The notes under the pieces were generated by a model that was not told the origin of the DNA, did no database searches, and worked only from the letters and a program-made list of their open reading frames with translations. This document shows positions 49,958 through 63,463 of a stretch of DNA of 64,000 nucleotides, piece after piece. Position numbers and translations under genes: made by a program. The DNA is taken from positions 43,958,001-44,022,000 of the forward strand of contig NC_043000.1 of assembly GCF_006345805.1 (NCBI RefSeq), in the 5' to 3' direction. Numbering within the stretch: position 1 is the first letter of the stretch; each line of letters starts with the position of its first letter. Source of the DNA: Octopus sinensis (Eukaryota).

Positions 49958-52900
49958 TATAACTCTCGCCCATTTTTAATATATTTGTTGAGCTTCTTTT
50001 GGATACCTTACAATAAATACTCCAAACACACCATATATATGTAATAATTTAATATTCGCAAAAATCTTACGCCAGAAAGCTACAGGCAAAAATATGAAGA
50101 ATTTTTGTTAGAAATCGTCCTTTGAAACCCTCCAAAGTAAAGGATGAAATACAATTCAACCTTTTCTCACAAACGCACGTGCGCACACACACAGACATAT
50201 AACATATATTTGCATATAAAGCACCATGTATGTGTGTGCATATAAATGACTATGTATATATATATATATATATGCATGCATACACACAGGTTTACAATAG
50301 TACACTCGTGCCTACAGGCTTGCCTATGTACATAAATACATACATATAGAACTGTTTTAACAATTACATTTGAAACCGTAATAAACATTTGTAATATGTG
50401 ATAATGAGTCATATTAGCCACAGACATTACACACGAATTATATTAAATCAAGAGTATAATATGCATCACATGATAAATGTTTATGCGTCTAGTTTATATG
50501 TATATTCATCCCGATAATACTTCTAAGTAGATACTTTTGCTTGCTAATATTTGGTGTTTCTGTTAAGGATGCCTACAAAGAGAAAATTACGTGAAATCTA
50601 TGAAAAGTACGAGAGAGATGAACAGAAGCAATTTAAATGTGAAATACATAAATCATAAAGATTCTAATGTTGGACATTTTGCATGCAATACAAAATTTTC
50701 TACATCATGAGAAATCACATCATTAGATTTCGGGTATATAACTATAACGGTAAAATGTGTACCCATTATTTTGAAATTTTTTACTTACATGTCTTAATAA
50801 ATTTACGATAGTATTGTACATTATGAAAATGATAACTGTATTCGTTGTTTTATTATATGCTTTTAGCGTAAATGTCTGAAGTATTTTAGATGCACTTTAA
50901 TCATTAATTTGGTTAGTCACAATCCATGACTTTTAATATTGTGAAATCCAAATTCGGTTGTAGTTGATGACACTTAATATCAAAGAAATGTCTGACATTT
51001 CCATCTTCACTGGATTTTAATCATGTTTAACAGCTTTACCATTTGAAGCGCTCGAACACTTCACGGTCTTACTGAAACAATTAAAGTTAGATTTGGAAAG
51101 AGCAATCTGTCAACTTAATAACAATATCAACTCTACTAAAATTGCAATATATAAAACTTCTCTAAGATTCTTTAGCATTGAAGTCGTTTTTAATGATACT
51201 AATCTTCTAATCCTTTACATTCCGGTTTAGTATGTCTGTAAACGTTTAATATACTTGATAGTATATAATATTTGCAAAACGAAATATTATACCCTTGCTA
51301 GCAATTTATATTTACGTACCAGTTGGTGGGAATATGTTTGATATGTAAACTGGTACGTTCAATAGTGTTACACCGCTAAAGTTAGTGGATATCTAACCAA
51401 TGCGTTAGTGTATAGTTGGTAGCTTGGATGTGGTACTGTTGAGATAGGAACAACTCTTGAAATAAGCATATGTACCAATTACTTATTTGTTCTATTTTCG
51501 ATCGCATTCCTTATATAAACGTATTCGTATACGAAATGTCATAACTTTCTGTATAAAACCTTTAGAGTTAAACTTTAACATAAGACCATCATACTGCTAA
51601 CACAAAATTAAGGCACAATAATGACTCGTATACCATTAATAGACTTGATCGTACATTTTCGTTTCGTAATAAAATACTGTGGTCTTTCTAGCGGTATCTC
51701 TGAAGGTTTTGTTTAAAGATTAATTATCAAAATTATGATTAGTCCTTGTGCTTCTATACTTACAATGAAATGGTAGGGAATATAATCTAATTCATAACTC
51801 TGATACGACAGTAGTTTACTTATTTAATTACGTCACTGTGCTGGGTGCAATTCACCTTCTATCATGAAGCTTTTCAATATAGCAAAATAATTTCGAAAAG
51901 AAATATAAAAGGTAGCTCCCACCACAATGCCAATAAATTCATTTCTATCTACACTAATGAACCAATAGATCTGAAATAAACTTATGTAAATTAACCCTCG
52001 TATTTTTGAGAAAGTAAATGACAGTGCCAACACTGCATTGTGAGCTTTCTCTAAAAATAGTTATTGCTACGTTCCTCGGTCAAAAGCGTGGACATATTAA
52101 GCTATCAATGCATTTGAACTTGGGCGAATACCACTACAAAATCGCTTCTCAGGACAAAGATAGATAGACCGGAAAGTATTCTTAATCTGAATCAATACCA
52201 TATTAAATCAGTTCAACTAACCGATGCAAACGTTGTTGCCTGACTTCATGAATTTGTATGTTAATACTTTTGATAAAATGAGGTATGTATTCATTTATCT
52301 ACGAAGTAAATTTCTAACGTTTTCGATTAACCAATACAAACAGCAAACAATGTGTATATGGAACATTAGAATTATAAAGCTGGTGAATTATAATAGAATT
52401 TCAGAATCTATGACCACAAGTGTTTTGTAAACATTTTAACCTAAAACAGAAATATGCTAACATTTTAAAATACTTCCAAACATTTTTGCAAAACAATGAA
52501 AGTTTCCTATGCAATACGAGTTTCGATGTAAATTTTCTTCAACCTGATATCTCAAAATCCAAGATGTATCATTGATGAAGAAGGTGAGTGTATCCCTCAA
52601 AATGTCATAGTCATAAAAAATAATGATATAAGGGTAATTGGAAAACTACAATGATTGATAACACATGCTGGTCAACAAAGCGAAAATTATCAGTTCAACA
52701 ATCGAAATGAAAATATGCTCTTGTTTTACAAAACATTCTTTAATTTTTTTTCTTATTATCTTTGAAAATGGAATTATTTAAAGGGACAACAATTATATAT
52801 AATTTATACACATTTTGTTTTTCAATTTATGTAAGTATTAGTATTTTCATGTGAAATGTTACTGATAAAAACAAGATGATCATTATGCCATAAAAATTTA

Positions 52901-53109
52901 TTGCTTCTTCTTAACTGAACGTAACCACGTTTACTAAATTAATATTTCTTCAGTAAGAAAACTGATATCAATTTTCAAATGTGAAGGTCAGTGTTATTCA
53001 ACAGTTACATATTATTTCATTTCGAGTGGTGGAAAGGTTAGGGGTAATAGACATTTCTCAAAATCTATCACATATATAATATGAATATTTTCACTCATAC
53101 ACACATATA

Positions 53110-53208
<99 letters not shown>

Positions 53209-53225
53209 ATATATATATATATATA
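53110..53225. repeat. (CTAT)n microsatellite
   Basis: Direct reading. Confidence 0.97.
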
Positions 53226-53271
53226 CTAATATATAATACAGAAACACATGCACACACACATTTATTTTATA

Positions 53272-54513
53272 CTAGCAATGCATCCCGGCGTTACTCGAGT
53301 GCTATGATCTACAGCCACATTTTATTATTAGCTCCTTTGTTACAGGGAGCGTGTATGAATCAAATAACTCTTCTTTATATACATCTTTTTTGGTAATTTT
53401 CTGATGAACAACGCAGGTTCCGTCTTCCAAATTCAGTCATAATTTATGGTTTACCTTGGGTTATAACAGAATACACTTGCACAAAGTAGTATGCAGAGGG
53501 ACTGAACGTGGAACATGTGGTTAGGAAATAATCATCTCAACCACACAGTCATTGTTTTCACCTAATATGTGTGTGTGTGTTTATACATTTGTTGCTTAAA
53601 TCGAGTATTTTGTCCCACAATATCTCAAATTTAGCTGTTCAACAAGCAGGGATCTGTAACATATTTGCAAGATTGAAAGAAATATGTATTGAGGATAGTA
53701 TGATCCTCTTTAAATTCTTAAAAGTGAGACTCCATCATGGAAAGAGTTGAAAGACTAAACCCAGTAAAATAATGTTTAAAAATTTAATAGCTTCAAACTT
53801 AAGATAATGGATTAGTAACCATATGCTAATGAGTTCAAAATTTCGTGTTGGAATTCCACCCTATACGATTACAGTATTTGTACATTTCCTAGACGTCCAA
53901 CAATTAACAATTGTACATTGAAGCTGTATGGTTAGCAGTAAGAAAGTTGTCCATATTTCTATAAAAATTACTGAACAAACTATTTTGAGAAAAAGTATTT
54001 TTCACCAGAAAAAAAAGACACCCACAGACACACTGGTGTGTCTGTGGTAACTTGAGCTACTACAAATAGCAGTGAAATCTCTCTTGAAATGCCCTTTCAT
54101 CAAATGAAAGACATATTTACAGTATTTCAGGTAGAAAAACAGAAATGCAACGAATCTGCTACATCAGAGGCAACTCTAGGCTAAAAAAAACACAGACAAA
54201 TATACTTCACTTTAACAGTTGTTCTACTAAATAATACTAGTAAAGTTGACGGCATGTCTTCGAAATTTCATTCCATGGTAAAATTCGACATAGATTGTTC
54301 AGGCAGAGTTGCCTCCATTAGCTAAGGACCTCAAAATTATGTTACCTGACTTCGTTTTCGAGGTTATTTTCGTAGTAAAAAAAAACATACGTTATTTGAT
54401 AGCCGGAAGATTAATGCATCTTTTGAAATCTCACGCGTCAAAATCAGCAACTGAGTTTTCGAATAGATAAAGAACATACGCAGACACAAACGCTGTTTTA
54501 TATATTAAAATAA
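53272..54513 (-). mobile_element. Possible non-autonomous Helitron relic containing a SINE C head (~53425-53555)
   Basis: Minus strand ends CTCGAGTAACGCCGGG-ATGCATTG-CTAG|T (decayed hairpin plus CTAG); the other end reads TAATATATAAAACAGCGTTTGTGTCTG; interior continuity unverified. Confidence 0.45.
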
Positions 54514-54785
54514 TGCATATAATCCTATGTGCACATATATATGAACTGCGTTTTAGTGGAGAAATAATATCTTACATAAATTTATTGCTCTACATTTCAC
54601 ATTTCACTTATACAATTTAAGAACTAAGAACCAAAAATGGAGCCTAAATCAATCTCCAGACTAACTTTACTAGATGACAAACACTCCTCAAATTGTCCTT
54701 ATATATATATGAAACTAATACACCTGCGTATTTTCTGTAAATTTGAAACTAATTCATCTATCTTTTTTTTTCTGTAAACTTGAAC

Positions 54786-54853
<68 letters not shown>

Positions 54854-55618
54854 GAAATCAGGAAAGACATTCATTGATTTTAAGTATCCGTAAATTCCGG
54901 AACGTTCAGAAGTCTTTGAACATGTCCCAGTATGGTAAAATTAACCTTGTATCAAATAACAACCATTATAGCATAAATGATAATTTTAAGACGGAAGTAG
55001 TTCAGGAAATCTATCGGATTTTGTTTAATGGAATGTTTCTTACTTTGCTAGAGTATATCAACAATTTCTGATTATAGGTAACAGCATACTCGAGCTGTTA
55101 AGATATCTGTATCGCAACATTTGAACGCATCGCAGCAATCTCATGAAATTCCCATTGAATATAAGATATGTTTGGGTAATAAGCTGCTTGTGTTCTTCAG
55201 CGTATGGTTAGGCCTAATCAATCAACTATATGTAATTGGTCTAGTTGGCGTTATTATATACATTGCAATGTGCATAATATATAAGACTGCAGAACTTGAC
55301 CATCATTGTTTAACTTGTTAGGAATATATTGTTGAATGAACTGCTTAACAAGGAAGGTATTAAATCTTCTTTAATACACATCAGGACCGCGATATCGTAC
55401 AGAAAATTTATTCTTATTGTGAAAATTAAAACCATTTTAGAGTTAACGTAACTAATATTAAATTATCGAAGTAGCACATTCATATTAAGAAACTAACTTG
55501 TGACTTAATAGTTATGTTGGTGATATTTTGTTGCCAAGGCAGAAGACCCTAGTTTGCGCTGGTTTCAATTGATATATTTTTCCCTACCATCTCTCGCCGC
55601 AATAATGAAACATATGAA

Positions 55619-55797
55619 ACTGTTCATTATTTACATTATTTACATTTGACGGATATTTGCCCTCATCTTCTTTGCTGTTAACACAACGGTTTGGCTGATA
55701 TACCTTCCAATATTCATCAGGGGTCTTGGGGAAATTTTGAACCTGGGTTCTCATTCCTAACGTATTTTCCATGTTGTTGTTGTTATTATTATTATTA

Positions 55798-55849
<52 letters not shown>

Positions 55850-55958
55850 GGTCACTGGCTGGAATCTACCTCGGAATCAGTAGCTCCCGCTCTTAATCCC
55901 TACGCCATATGTCCGTGGGCATAATAATAATAATAATAATATAATAATAATAATAATA

Positions 55959-56002
<44 letters not shown>

Positions 56003-56175
56003 TAATAATAATAATGATAATAATAACATCGAAAAATACCTTAGGATGGGGAATTTAGGTTCAAAATTTCCCCCAAGACATCTGATTAAGCCTGCAGGGT
56101 GTATCAGCGGAAACGTTGTGTTAACAACAAACAAAATGAGGAGAAATATCCATCAAATGTAACTAATGAACATAA
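55619..56175. mobile_element. Head-to-head inverted pair of ~140-bp PLE-type repeats, each with a decayed hammerhead motif
   Basis: 55619-55752 vs 56030-56175 inverted; plus GACAT-CTGATTA-A-GCCTG..CAGCG-GAA-ACGT-T|GTGTT (56077-56122); minus GACCC-CTGATGA..CAGCC-AAACCGTT|GTGTT (55680-55725); (TTA)n/(TAA)n between. Confidence 0.75.
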
Positions 56176-56249
56176 TTTCTCATCTCTTAAACATAGAAAT
56201 GTATCTGAAACTGTTATTTAAAAAAAACCTAGGTAATACTTTCTACCGT

Positions 56250-57480
56250 TGCATAATATTAGTAGATAACGCATCGTGACCACTTACGATTATGCAAGTA
56301 ATATTATTCTGGTAAATACATGCACTTGGTATGGAACACCTGATCACAACGCGAAAAGCAACAACAACAATACTACTAAACACGTTGGCACTAACAACAG
56401 CAACAAGATACTCTATGGCAACAACAATAGTAACAACATGAACGAACAAACAAAAAGAGACAAGAAAATGTCAAAATAAGGGTCAACAACGGCAGTACGC
56501 ATCAGCAGAGAAAATGTAGGCGAAGTGGTGGGTCAGCATATCGATTATTGGTGTCCGTAAGAATAATGACAAAAACAGTAACAACAACAACCCAGACAAC
56601 CAAAGAAATGATAGTTATAGATTATACTAATTCCTTTCATACCCTATATTTCAATCCTTGTGATAAGTCGAAAGATTTGGGTCGCATTTATACGACAGCC
56701 CTACCTTTCAACAAAAGATTATTATCCCACAACTTACAAACGACAAAATTCACCATGGCTTCTACAAAACATAGCCAGATTTTGGAACAATACACTAGAA
56801 GACAGACTAGGAAGGACACAACAACTCGATAAGAAATCCACAAGTGGCCTGCAGAAACATATACAGCGTATAAAAAGTAGAAAAAAATATGTGATTCCCC
56901 ACGGACAAGTCCGGCAGAATGTCAACAAACAATGTAATCCCACATCTTCATTATGAGGGAAATAACAGTCCAAGTGTTAGACAAGAGAAAAATTCTTCAA
57001 TGCTTACATGATGATGTAGTCAAATCTTCTAGGGCCACAGAAGCGCGCGACCAACAACTTCTATACTGCAAAAAAAAACATCCCAGCGCTGTTTCGCCTC
57101 TGCAAGGGCCATAAAGCGACCACTGATCCGTTAACAGGACAACCAACAAAATCTGTCTGGTGAGCCAATGATGCCAGCTACTACAGAATCTCCCACGTTC
57201 TCTGTATGATCATACGGTCTCTGATCAGAATGTCCCCGGAGCTTTGGAGAAATATGTAGAGATGATCACCGAGAGTGACAAGGAGTTTCGTAGCATTGAC
57301 ATAGAAGAACTGCGGCTCCTCCTGAGACTGATATGTAACAAGGATTTCTTAGAAGAAAACGACTTTAGTTAATTCTGCCCCACTAGATTCTGGAAGAGAT
57401 AGACCTCCTACTATAAGCTCAATGGCCAAGAAGATCCCTAGAGAGAGATGGAACGGGTGGACAAGATCTATAGGGATTCA
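56250..57480 (+). mobile_element. Penelope-like element fragment, N-terminal region and RT N-half, deleted and frameshifted
   Basis: ANDASYYRISHVLCMIIRSLI, ESDKEFRSIDIEELRLLL, FCPTRFWKR..RPPTISS..RERWNGW; no catalytic motif retained. Confidence 0.55.
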
Positions 57481-57584
57481 CGAAAAACTACTATCAGATA
57501 TATATATATACGTTAGTATGTTTTATGTATGTATGCATTAGTGCTTTTAAATACATATACATGTGTTTTATGTTTTTAAAAGTT

Positions 57585-57725
57585 TCCTTATATGTTTCAC
57601 AACTTGAGTCTTAAAATATAGCCTGGGGTCTATCAGTGACTTGTGAATGAATTTCGTAGACGAAACTGAAAGAAGTTCGTCGAATATACATACATACATA
57701 GGTGTGTGTATGTGTGTGTGTATGC

Positions 57726-57770
<45 letters not shown>

Positions 57771-57905
57771 TTTGTGTCTGTGTTTGCCCCAACACCATAG
57801 CTTGATAATCGATGTTGGTGTGCTTACACCCCCGTAACCTAGAGTTCAGAGAAAGAGTAAGATACAAGTACTAGGCTTAAAACATTGAAGTCCTGGGGTA
57901 GAAGA
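57585..57905 (+). mobile_element. SINE family C, degenerate
   Basis: GTAGACGAAACTGAAAGAAG, TGATAATCGATGTTGGTGTG, AAGTACTAGGCTT. Confidence 0.75.
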
Positions 57906-58199
57906 ATAAAAGAATATATGTTTATATAGATATATATTTAGACAGTGAGAGCGAGAAAGACATGAAGGGAGAAAGAGAAAAGGAGAAAGAAATTCAAGAA
58001 GACGCACTTACACCCACCCACATCAACACACACACACATATAGTTAATGTAACTTTTGCTGAAATCTTACTTGTACTAACATCAATTTTACTATGTAAAT
58101 TACATTTTCCAAGGTGACAGTATGCCTCTAAGGTGTTATGTAATACAAACTTTTTCGTTTCCTTTGTTTTTTGATGTTTTAATTATTTTCTTTTCCCAT

Positions 58200-58495
<296 letters not shown>

Positions 58496-59169
58496 TATAC
58501 TTCTTTCTTGACTAAGCTACATATGGATATGAGTGTTTATATGTTTTCGCCACCGCTTATAAATTCCATGATATTGGTATTGGAATATTGCTGCTGATTT
58601 CTTCAAAATAAATCTTAAAAGTAAAAGATTCCGCCATACATTATTATCCATCGTTTTCCTTGTGGCTCTGTGATTTTCAGATTTTCTCATATTTTCTCTC
58701 ATTTCATACTTCTTTTTCATGTTATATCTTTCACTTATTTTATCACCCTCACTTTATATTCTACCCCATTTCTTACTCTATTAATTATATTTTTCTCTCT
58801 CCTCAACTCCTTATATTTCTTTTACTCAATGATTTTACGTGGGTAGATAAGATGGTCCTTGTGTGTGTGCGTGCGCAAATGCATACTCTATTAGTTTTAT
58901 TTTACTTTTTCTAATTGCAGGATCATTATTGCCTTGCAAGGAAATCCATACAACCAAAATCTCATGGCATGTTACAGAGTTAAAATTAGATTAGAAATGG
59001 ACTTAATTCCCCTTCAAAAATTTTCAGAAAACTTATCGAAATAAGAGCAATTCAGAGAGGTTTCGTATACTTGTATGTCAAGAATCGTAATACTAGACAC
59101 TGTCAAACACATAAACACCACTTTCACACAATCACTTTCTGTACCTCTCTAGGTGTCTATCGATCTACA

Positions 59170-60047
59170 CACGTTTATCTCTTACTTATTCCAGTCATTG
59201 GACTGCATCCATCCTGGAGCATCGCCACGAAGAATTGTAGACGGACATTTTTTGGCATTGTTCTTTTATCATTTTGGTGGAGTTGAGGATTTATTCTGTT
59301 TGTCGAACTGCTTAGTTGGGCGTAAACATAACAACACCGGTTGTCAATCCGTGGCGGGGGAAAAACACACACATAGAGAAGTAAATGTACGCATACAGAC
59401 ACACGCACAAACACATACACACGCACGTCTACCAATCTATTTATCTATTTATCTCTCTCTTTCTGTATATATATATATACTTTTACTCTTTTACTCTTTA
59501 CTCTTTTACTTGTTTCAGTCATTTGACTGCGGCCATGCTGGAGCACCGCCTTTAGTCGAGCGAATCGACCCCGGGACTTATTCTTTATAAGCCCAGTACT
59601 TATTGTATCGGTCTCTTTTGCCGAACCGCTAAGTGACGGGGACGTAAACACACCAGCATCGGTTGTCAAGCAATGCTAGGGGGACAAACACATACACACA
59701 AACATATACACACACACTTATATATATATATACATATATACGACAGGCTTCTTTCAGTTTCCGTCTACCAAATCCACTCACAAGGCATTGGTCGGCCCGG
59801 GGCTATAGCAGAAGACACTTGCCCAAGATGCCACGCAGTGGGACTGAACCCAGAACCATGTGGTTGGTTAGCAAGCTACTTACCACAAATATATATTCGG
59901 TTTCCGCCTACCAAATGCACTAAGAAGGCATTGGCCAGCCCGATGCTATATTAGGAGACATTTGCCCAAGATGACCTGTAGTGGGACGGAATCTGAAACC
60001 ATGTAATTGGGAAGAAAACATTTTACCACACAACCTCACCTACGCCT
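59170..60047 (-). mobile_element. Old SINE C split by a younger SINE C copy
   Basis: Degenerate 3' half 59170-59375 and degenerate head 59890-60047 flank the well-preserved copy at 59478-59887. Confidence 0.7.
59478..59887 (-). mobile_element. SINE family C, young copy
   Basis: Best-preserved copy; tail GGCGGTGCTCCAGCATGGCCGCAGTCAAATGACTGAAACAAG(TAAAAGAG)n. Confidence 0.92.
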
Positions 60048-60114
60048 ATATGCACTGAAACACATATTCATAAATTTATAATTTCATATGTATTTACTTA
60101 TATCTGGCTGTTAC

Positions 60115-60217
60115 TATGAGGCTGTGTGGTAAGAAACTTGCTTCCGAACCGCATGATTCAAGGTTAATCTTCTAAGCCATGTGGGAGGGTTTTGTAGAAA
60201 AAAACTGAAAGGCAGTC

Positions 60218-60222
<5 letters not shown>
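60115..60222 (+). mobile_element. SINE C head, internally deleted
   Basis: GAGGCTGTGTGGTAAGAAACTTGCTTCCGAACC...AAACTGAAAGGCAGTCG. Confidence 0.6.
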
Positions 60223-60251
<29 letters not shown>

Positions 60252-60311
60252 AAGTAGATAAATGGTACAAGGCACCAATATGCATTGCATTATTTTTTTC
60301 CTATGTACATG

Positions 60312-60383
<72 letters not shown>

Positions 60384-60649
60384 GTTTGTACGTGTATGTG
60401 TGTTAGTGTTTGTTCTCCACCACCTCTTTACAACCGGTGATGGTGGGTTTAATCATATTCCACATAGGTTTCGAATAATTACTCATAAAAAGTAATGTAT
60501 CTTTTAATATCATTATGGATACACAATGCACTTGCCATTACGCAAGTATTAAATGCTGATTATTTTCTAATTAATCGTTGATTTTTTACTTAAGGAATAA
60601 TGTTCATTTTGTTGAAATAACATGCGTTATCTGTCCTTCATAATATCAG

Positions 60650-60835
60650 TGAGCTGACAGAATCTTAAGGATGCGGATTCGAATGCTGAGAGGATTTTCG
60701 ACTGTCTTTACATTCTGAGTTCAAATTCCACCAAGTTTGATTTTGCCATTCATCGGGGTTGAAAGCAAGTGTTGATGTAATCGAATAACAACCTTCCCCA
60801 AAATTATTGGCCATGTGCTAAAATTTGACACAAAC
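60650..60835 (+). mobile_element. SINE family A, degenerate
   Basis: GAGCTGACAGAATC...TTCTGAGTTCAAATTCC...GATGTAATCGA. Confidence 0.65.
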
Positions 60836-61579
60836 ATTTTTTTTCCTATCTATGAAGCTAATTTAATCGTACGGTTTTGTTGATATTCATATTACTTATG
60901 CTGGTTCATATATTGTTATATTTTTACACTCAGATTCTATATCAGGAATTTTGCAAGAGAGAAAAGCGTACATTATGTATTCAGAATAGCCACAGCATAA
61001 ATTCCTGTTGCAGAAGAATAGTAAAATTTTCATGGTGTTGGCAAACCATTTTACTGAAAAAAAAAAGACTCTCGTTAGTACTATTGTGAGAGGTGCAAAT
61101 CCTACTCCACACACTCTGAAACTCTCTGTTCGAACAAATGCAAGACGCTTGACAAAAATGTTGCGAACATATCTATGAAACTACAATTGTCTGATAATTG
61201 CTGTATAGGTCTCCAGAAAATACACAATGCACCGACAAATATATAAGGCTATTTAGATCGCATCTATTGACAGAAAGAAATGTCAGTTTTCAATATTCAA
61301 ACTTTAGTTACACAAAGATTAACGGCTTGGAAATTTCAATGTATACGCGACACACAAATGATGCACTTAACGAGAACGTTAACGCGTCGTTCCACTAAGC
61401 TATGTTCCCAGACGTTTGTTACTGAATAGTCAAATACTTACAGGAAATCGTTGACATACATTTGTAGAACTGCATAAACAAAAAAAAAAAAAACCTTTGA
61501 TATTGCGTTTGTAATAAATGTCTTAAAAAACAGAAGACAGCTGGGATATTTGCTATCGAAACACTGATTCACGTAGATA

Positions 61580-61932
61580 TTTGGGTTCCGGGTTCTGTCC
61601 CACTGCGTGGCATATTGCAAAAGAGTATTCTACTATAATCTTATGTCGACCAAAGCGTTGTGAGTGGATTGGTTGACGGAAACTGAAACAAGCACACACA
61701 CACACATATGTATGTATATGTACGTACTTAGGTGTCTATGTCTTGGGGTTTGGGTTTGTATCCCCTAGCCCATCAGTACTTGACAGCCAGTTTTGGTGCG
61801 CTTACATCTCCGTATACTAGGCCGATGCAATTAATAAACTTTAAAAATGAATTATGACATACATTTGTTTCAACTAAAATCCCTGAAAGTGGTGCTCCAG
61901 CATGGCCACGGTGAAATAACTGAAACTTGTAA

Positions 61933-61935
<3 letters not shown>
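61580..61935 (+). mobile_element. SINE family C, degenerate
   Basis: GGTTCCGGGTTCTGTCCCACTGCGTGGCA head; GTGGTGCTCCAGCATGGCC...TGAAAC tail. Confidence 0.8.
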
Positions 61936-61975
<40 letters not shown>

Positions 61976-62074
61976 AAACTGTTGCGTCTGGAGAGTCATT
62001 TTCAGTCTGGGGAGTCATTTTCAGTTTGTGCCTTATAATTTAACACGCTCGCTGGTAAAATTTCCCCTTATATC

Positions 62075-63415
62075 TTATTTTTATTTTCCTAATATTTTCT
62101 TTTCGTCTTGCAACATTTTCAATAGTCTTGACACTGTCCGTTATTTACACTACGTTCCTTTTTTATTGTTTTCACGGATGTGTGTCTGTGTGTGTGCCTA
62201 TGCATGCATGTATGTATGCATGCATGTGTTTATGCATATGCATATATATGTACGTATGTGCTTCACTATGTATGTGTTCTGCATAGCTTGTGTGTCCGTG
62301 TTTGAGTGTTGTTATGTATGTGTGTGTGTTTTTTATATATGTGTGTGTGTATGTGTGTGCTTTGCAACTATGTACCGTGTTTGTATGCATGAATGTGCAT
62401 CCCCATGTGCATGGAAACATTTCTCCATATGTGTCCATATGTAAAGTGTGTGCGTATATATGGTGATGTGTCTCAGTCTTCATTTGCATATGTGTTCTAG
62501 CTTGTTCATGTAACAGACATCCGTCTGTATATTTATCTGTTTATTTTCATATCCATATGCTTACATATATGTGCATATACAAATATATACATACACACCC
62601 CACACATACATACATCTATCTACCTAACAGCCCGTTAACTATTCTACTCTAACTGTGAAACTGTGGGTATCGTGCGTATGATATCTACTATGCATATTTA
62701 CTATTTAGTATTGGGGAAGTTTCATTTATAAGGACGTACTCCCGTATTTGTCTGAATGTTAAGTTTTGTAAGTGCTTGGAAAAGATGTGGATGTCAGGTT
62801 AACCCAGGTTGCCTCTATGTTGGTCTTTAGCATGTTGGTAGAGCATGGAGGACTATCTTTTGTCACCATATTGTGCGGGGTGTGTATGTATATATTTGTA
62901 TATGCTCCTGTATGTAATCATATGGATCCATATACAGATCAATATACAGACGGATAGGTACATAGGTTATATGAACAGACAAGCACAAATACGCAAATGG
63001 TGATTGAAACACATCAGCATATATACACACACACTTTACTTCACGCAAGGACACATATGGAGACACGTGCCATAGATATAAAGATGCACATCCATATATA
63101 CAAACACGGTAGATAGTTGCAAAACACACACAGTCAGACATGCTGGCACAAAGAGAGAAATACATGCATATACCAACACACACACATACAAAAAAATACA
63201 CAGACACTGACACAGAAGCACATGTATATGCAGAATATATACGTACAGATGTACATACATATATAGATATGCATACACATATGCACACATACATGCATAC
63301 ATGCATAGGCACACACGCCCACAAACAAAAAGGAACGCAAATAACGAACAGAGTCAAGGCTGTTGGAAAGTTTGCAAGACGCAACGAAAATTTTATGAAA
63401 ATATAAAAAAGAAAA
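62075..63415. repeat. Large fold-back: ~530-bp inverted arms around a ~275-bp spacer
   Basis: Arms ~62075-62600 and ~62876-63415; e.g. CGTCTTGCAACATTTTCAATAGTCTTGACACTG vs rc CGTCTTGCAAACTTTCCAACAGCCTTGACTCTG, and TGCAACTATGTACCGTGTTTGTAT vs rc TGCAACTATCTACCGTGTTTGTAT. Confidence 0.85.
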
Positions 63416-63463
63416 TGGTTTCCAATACTTTAACCGTTTAACTTGAAGCTTTTCACTGCTTAA

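Noticed and set aside
51833-52033. Minus-strand ORF IYWFISVDRNEFIGIVVGATF... as the next exon after 63608
   Set aside because: Phase is compatible, but there is no independent evidence; chaining exons by phase alone is speculative.
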